Shown piece by piece: positions 60,186 to 64,000 of a stretch of 64,000 bases of DNA. The stretch's first letter is position 1; every line of letters starts with the position of its first letter. Below the pieces are notes generated by a model. It worked only from the letters and a program-made list of their open reading frames with translations. It was not told where the DNA came from and searched no databases. The DNA comes from an uncultured Bacillota bacterium. GTDB taxonomy: Bacteria; Sysuimicrobiota; Sysuimicrobiia; Sysuimicrobiales; Segetimicrobiaceae. The position numbers and the translations under genes are program-made. The stretch lies in NCBI GenBank assembly GCA_963804645.1, contig CAWDRG010000009.1:1088001-1152000 (forward strand), read 5' to 3'.

Positions 60186-63100
60186 ATGGTGTTCTCGCTC
60201 GTCGATGCCCTCGACATCCGATCTCTGCGCCGCATCGCGGATGATCTGTCGTTTCATCGCGGCCAGCAGTATAACGCGGATGGGCGGGTGCTGTCGCTCT
60301 CCGGAGACGCGTCGGCGATTCGTGCGACCGTGCGCGGCACGCGAGAGTACGACGTGTCGCTCGCCGTCGAGGGCGGCCACCTCGAGTACGCGTGCACATG
60401 CCCGCGGGCCGCCGACGGGTCGTTCTGCAAGCACTGCGTGGCGGCCGCGCTCGCGTGGTCGGCGCGGGCGCGGCGGACGCCTGACGGCACCGATGCCGCG
60501 CCGCGCCGCCTTCGCGCGGTGGCCCGGCCGTCCGCGGGCCCCTCGTGGAAGAGACGCCTCGCGTCGCTCGAGCAGGCGATGGGCGCGGACTCGCATGACC
60601 CGGCGGGCTGGCCCGCCGGGCGGGAGATTTTGTACGTGCTTGATCTGGCGCCGGCGCCCAGCGGGCTGGGGCTGATCCTGCACGTGCATACGCGGCGCAG
60701 AAAGGCGACCGGCGGATGGCAGGTGTTCACGAGCGTCCCGGCGGTCGGCGGCCAGATCGACGATCTGCCGGACCCCGCCGACCGGGAGATCTTCGGCCTG
60801 ATGGTCGGGACGGCGGACGCCTACGGCTACGCGTGGCACTATCAGTGGAGCCTGCGCCGCGCCCTGTCGACGCGCCACGTGATTCCGGCGCCGCTGCAGG
60901 GCACGCTGATTCCGCTCTTGTGCCGGACGGGCCGCCTGCAGCTGCGGCTGCCCTCGGGGCAGGAGAGTCCCGTCGAGTGGGACGGCGGGCCGCCGTGGGA
61001 CCTGCACCTCGAGGTCACCCGGGACGGCGCGGCCGGCGGCTATGCCGTGTCTGCATCGCTCCGCCGCGGGGACGAGCAGTTGGCGCTGTCCTCGCTTGCG
61101 CTGATGCTGCCCGCCGGGTTTGTGGTCAGCGGCGGGCGCTGCGCGCGGCTCGCGCACCCCGGGACGTTCGCGTGGATTGCCGAGCTGCGCCGGGGCGGTC
61201 CCATCACGGTGCCGGCGTCGGAGGCCGAGGAATGGCTCGCCGGGCTGCTGCGTCTTCCGTCGCTTCCGTCGCTGGCGCTCCCGCCGGAACTCCAGTACGA
61301 CGAGGTTGCGGTGAGCCCCGCACCGAGGCTCGCGGTCCGCATGGCGCCTCGGGAGCGTCAGGCGCAGGTGCTGTGGGGCACGCTGTCGTTTGACTACGAG
61401 GGCGAGGTGGTCGACGCACACGAGCCGGGCCGCGGGCGCTTCCAGCGCGACCAACGGCGCCTGATCGTGCGCGATGCCGCGGCCGAACAGCGCGCCGCGG
61501 CGCGGCTGATCGAGCTGGGATTCCGCCCGGCCGCCGCCGACCGCCACGGAGGGCCCGCGCTCGAGCTCGCGCCCAGGCTGCTCCCGCGTGCGACGCGGGA
61601 CCTGGTTCGGGAGGGATGGCGCGTCGAGGCCGAGGGCCGTTTGTATCGGTCTCCCGGCGCCGTCAGCGTGGAGGTGGCGACCCGCATCGACTGGTTCGAG
61701 CTCAAGGGTGCGGTCGCGTTCGGCGACGTGTCGGCGCCCCTGCCTGCGGTCCTCGCCGCGGCCCGCCGCGGCGACACGGTCGTGCCGCTGGGCGACGGCA
61801 CCTTCGGCGTCCTGCCCGAGGAATGGCTCGCGCGGTACGGGCTCCTCGCCGGGCTCGGGACGTCGGAGGGCGATGGGCTTCACTTCGCCCGCAGTCAGGC
61901 GGGGATCCTCGACGCGTTGCTGGGCTCGCAGCCCGGCGCGGTGTGGGACGAAGGGTTTGCGCGGGCGAGGGAGGCGCTGCACCGGTTTGGAGGCGTCACG
62001 CCCGCGGACCCGCCGGCCGGCTTCCGGGGCGTGCTGCGGGACTACCAGCGGGACGGACTCGGCTGGCACGCGTTCTTGCAGCAGTTCGGGTTCGGCGGCT
62101 GCCTCGCGGACGACATGGGGTTGGGCAAAACGGTGCAGGTGCTGGCGCTCCTGCTGGCGCGCCGGGGTGAAGGGGCCGGGCCGTCGCTCGTCGTTGTGCC
62201 GAAGTCGCTCGTGTTCAACTGGAAGCAGGAGGCCGCGCGGTTTGCGCCCGAGCTGCGCATCCTCGACCATACCGGCACCGCGCGAAGCACGCCCGGGGAC
62301 CACTACCGCGGGTACGACGTCGTCCTCACCACGTACGGGACGCTCCGTCGGGATGCCGCCGCGCTGTCGGGGTTCGTGTTCGACTACGTCATCCTCGACG
62401 AGGCGCAGGCGATCAAGAACGCGGCGACGGCGACCGCGAAGGCGGCGCGCCTCCTGCGGGGGGCCCACCGACTTGCGCTCAGCGGCACCCCGGTGGAGAA
62501 CCATCTCGGCGAGCTCTGGAGCCTCTTCGAATTTCTGAATCCCGGGATGCTCGGCGCGTCCTCGGCGTTCCGGCACAGCGGCGCGGAGCTGCGCAATCCG
62601 TCGGCGGAGACCCGCGCGCTCTTGGCCCAGGGGCTGCGCCCGTTCGTGCTGCGCCGCACGAAGGAACAGGTGGTCCGCGAGCTCCCGCCCAAGCTCGAGC
62701 AGACCCTGTACTGCGACCTGGACGCGCCTCAGCGCGCCGCCTACGACCAGATCCGCACTCACTACCGCCGCTCGCTCCTCGCCCGCGTCGAGCGCGAGGG
62801 GCTCGGACGCTCGAAGATCATGGTCCTCGAAGCCCTGCTCCGGCTCCGCCAGGCGGCCTGTCACATCGGGCTGATCGATCGGACGCGCGCCGGGGAGACG
62901 AGCGCCAAGCTCGACGTCCTGCTCGCGCGCCTCGCCGAGGTCATCGAGGGCGGCCACAAGGCGCTGGTGTTCTCGCAGTTCACGCGCTTCCTGGCGATCG
63001 TGCGCGAGCGGCTCGACCGCGACCGCGTGCCCTACGCGTACTTGGACGGCAGGACGCACGACCGCGCCGCGCGCGTGGCCGAGTTCGAGGGAGACCCGGC

Positions 63101-63407
63101 CTGCCGGCTGTTCCTCGTGAGCCTCAAGGCGGGGGGGCTCGGCCTGAACCTGACCGCCGCGGACTACGTGTTTCTGCTGGACCCGTGGTGGAATCCCGCG
63201 GTCGAGGCGCAGGCGATCGACCGCACGCACCGCATCGGCCAGGTGCGGCCGGTGTTCGCCTACCGTCTGATCGCGCGCGACACCGTCGAGGAAAAAGTCC
63301 TCGCGCTGCAGGAGTCGAAGCGCTCGCTCGCCGAGTCCATCATCACCGCGGACAACAGCCTGATCCGCACCCTGACGCGAGAGGACCTCGCGCTCCTGCT
63401 CTCCTGA
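60186..63407 (+). CDS. SWIM zinc finger + SNF2-family helicase
   Basis: CTCP...FCKHCVA, LADDMGLGKT, ILDEAQ, LSGTPVEN, LVSLKAGGLGLNL and QAIDRTHRIGQ. Confidence 0.95.
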   Translation: MVFSLVDALDIRSLRRIADDLSFHRGQQYNADGRVLSLSGDASAIRATVRGTREYDVSLAVEGGHLEYACTCPRAADGSFCKHCVAAALAWSARARRTPDGTDAAPRRLRAVARPSAGPSWKRRLASLEQAMGADSHDPAGWPAGREILYVLDLAPAPSGLGLILHVHTRRRKATGGWQVFTSVPAVGGQIDDLPDPADREIFGLMVGTADAYGYAWHYQWSLRRALSTRHVIPAPLQGTLIPLLCRTGRLQLRLPSGQESPVEWDGGPPWDLHLEVTRDGAAGGYAVSASLRRGDEQLALSSLALMLPAGFVVSGGRCARLAHPGTFAWIAELRRGGPITVPASEAEEWLAGLLRLPSLPSLALPPELQYDEVAVSPAPRLAVRMAPRERQAQVLWGTLSFDYEGEVVDAHEPGRGRFQRDQRRLIVRDAAAEQRAAARLIELGFRPAAADRHGGPALELAPRLLPRATRDLVREGWRVEAEGRLYRSPGAVSVEVATRIDWFELKGAVAFGDVSAPLPAVLAAARRGDTVVPLGDGTFGVLPEEWLARYGLLAGLGTSEGDGLHFARSQAGILDALLGSQPGAVWDEGFARAREALHRFGGVTPADPPAGFRGVLRDYQRDGLGWHAFLQQFGFGGCLADDMGLGKTVQVLALLLARRGEGAGPSLVVVPKSLVFNWKQEAARFAPELRILDHTGTARSTPGDHYRGYDVVLTTYGTLRRDAAALSGFVFDYVILDEAQAIKNAATATAKAARLLRGAHRLALSGTPVENHLGELWSLFEFLNPGMLGASSAFRHSGAELRNPSAETRALLAQGLRPFVLRRTKEQVVRELPPKLEQTLYCDLDAPQRAAYDQIRTHYRRSLLARVEREGLGRSKIMVLEALLRLRQAACHIGLIDRTRAGETSAKLDVLLARLAEVIEGGHKALVFSQFTRFLAIVRERLDRDRVPYAYLDGRTHDRAARVAEFEGDPACRLFLVSLKAGGLGLNLTAADYVFLLDPWWNPAVEAQAIDRTHRIGQVRPVFAYRLIARDTVEEKVLALQESKRSLAESIITADNSLIRTLTREDLALLLS

Positions 63408-63421
63408 GACGCCCGCACCGG

Positions 63422-64000
63422 TCAGATCACGTTCAGTTCGAGAAGACGCCGTCCCTCGACGACGCGGGTGAACGACAGCGGCGTGAGATCGAGGCTGCGG
63501 TAGCCGCCGTCCACGATCAGCTCCGCGACGCCGCGCCCGACGCCCGGCGACTGCTGCAGGCCGTGGCCGCTGAACCCGTTCGCGAACACGACGTTCGCGA
63601 GCGACGGATGGGGCCCGACGATGCCGTTGTGATCGAACACGTTGAACTCGTAGTACCCGGCCCAACTGCGCACGAGCTTCAGCGCCTCGAACGCCGGCAC
63701 ACGCGCGGCGAGGGCCGGCCATATGGGACGGTGGAAGAGGCGCTCGTCGACCTCGAGCGGCGCGTCGTCGGGGTCCTCGTCCCCTTCTTTCGGAGACGTG
63801 CCGGAGAGAAAGTACTGGCCTTCGGGGCGGAACCACACCCCCGACGGGTCGATGATCAGGGGGCATCGCGGCAGCGCCTCGCGGCACGCCACCACGAACA
63901 CGCAGCGGCGGCGTGCCCGTACCGGGAGGTCGACGTCGAGCATCGCGGCGACGCGCGCGGCCCAGGGGCCGGCGGCGTTGACCGCGGTGTCGCACGGCAG
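63422..64000 (-). CDS. FAD-dependent oxidoreductase (DAO/sarcosine oxidase-like), 3' part only
   Basis: VNAAGPWA, WAGYYE, DHNGIVG and ANGFSGHGLQQSP. Runs off the window end. Confidence 0.88.
   Translation of the reverse strand: MPCDTAVNAAGPWAARVAAMLDVDLPVRARRRCVFVVACREALPRCPLIIDPSGVWFRPEGQYFLSGTSPKEGDEDPDDAPLEVDERLFHRPIWPALAARVPAFEALKLVRSWAGYYEFNVFDHNGIVGPHPSLANVVFANGFSGHGLQQSPGVGRGVAELIVDGGYRSLDLTPLSFTRVVEGRRLLELNVI

Noticed and set aside
60144..63995. 1283-aa antisense ORF and similar long shadow ORFs (1862-3850, 41241-43415, 55228-57285)
   Set aside because: They lie opposite well-supported genes and have no motifs; such ORFs are expected in high-GC DNA with few stop codons.
1..64000. 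CRISPR array, rRNA or tRNA genes
   Set aside because: No regularly spaced short direct repeats or RNA gene signatures were seen; the repeats present are paralogous coding sequences.

Overview
High-GC bacterial DNA, apparently from an error-prone long-read assembly: it has many single-base frameshifts, poly-G tracts and a 1.1 kb purine-only block. The left flank (1-9.0 kb) carries a His-motif membrane protein, a tandem universal stress protein, a near-consensus sigma70 promoter driving a candidate ~180-nt structured small RNA, a prkA(yeaG)-yeaH-spoVR operon, DUF402, an SDR, a DUF151 nuclease and a LysM-NlpC/P60 hydrolase. The centre (~9.1-59.9 kb) is a ~51 kb catabolic island bracketed by two paralogous DRE-TIM-fold genes whose catalytic motif is altered. 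It holds four MmgE/PrpD genes, three hydroxycinnamoyl-CoA hydratase-lyase-like crotonases plus one canonical crotonase, an Ltp2-like thiolase-fold/DUF35 pair, two family III CoA-transferases, an ICL/PEP-mutase-family lyase, CapA-like, M29-like, F420-type LLM and OYE oxidoreductase genes, and four ABC importer systems with six binding proteins. No regulator is recognisable in it. Near its left end is a nested mobile remnant: a truncated IS110 interrupted by a DUF6788 + large serine recombinase element. The right flank has a SWIM-SNF2 helicase and a partial FAD oxidoreductase. No rRNA, tRNA or CRISPR array was seen. All family calls come from motif recognition, not database searches.
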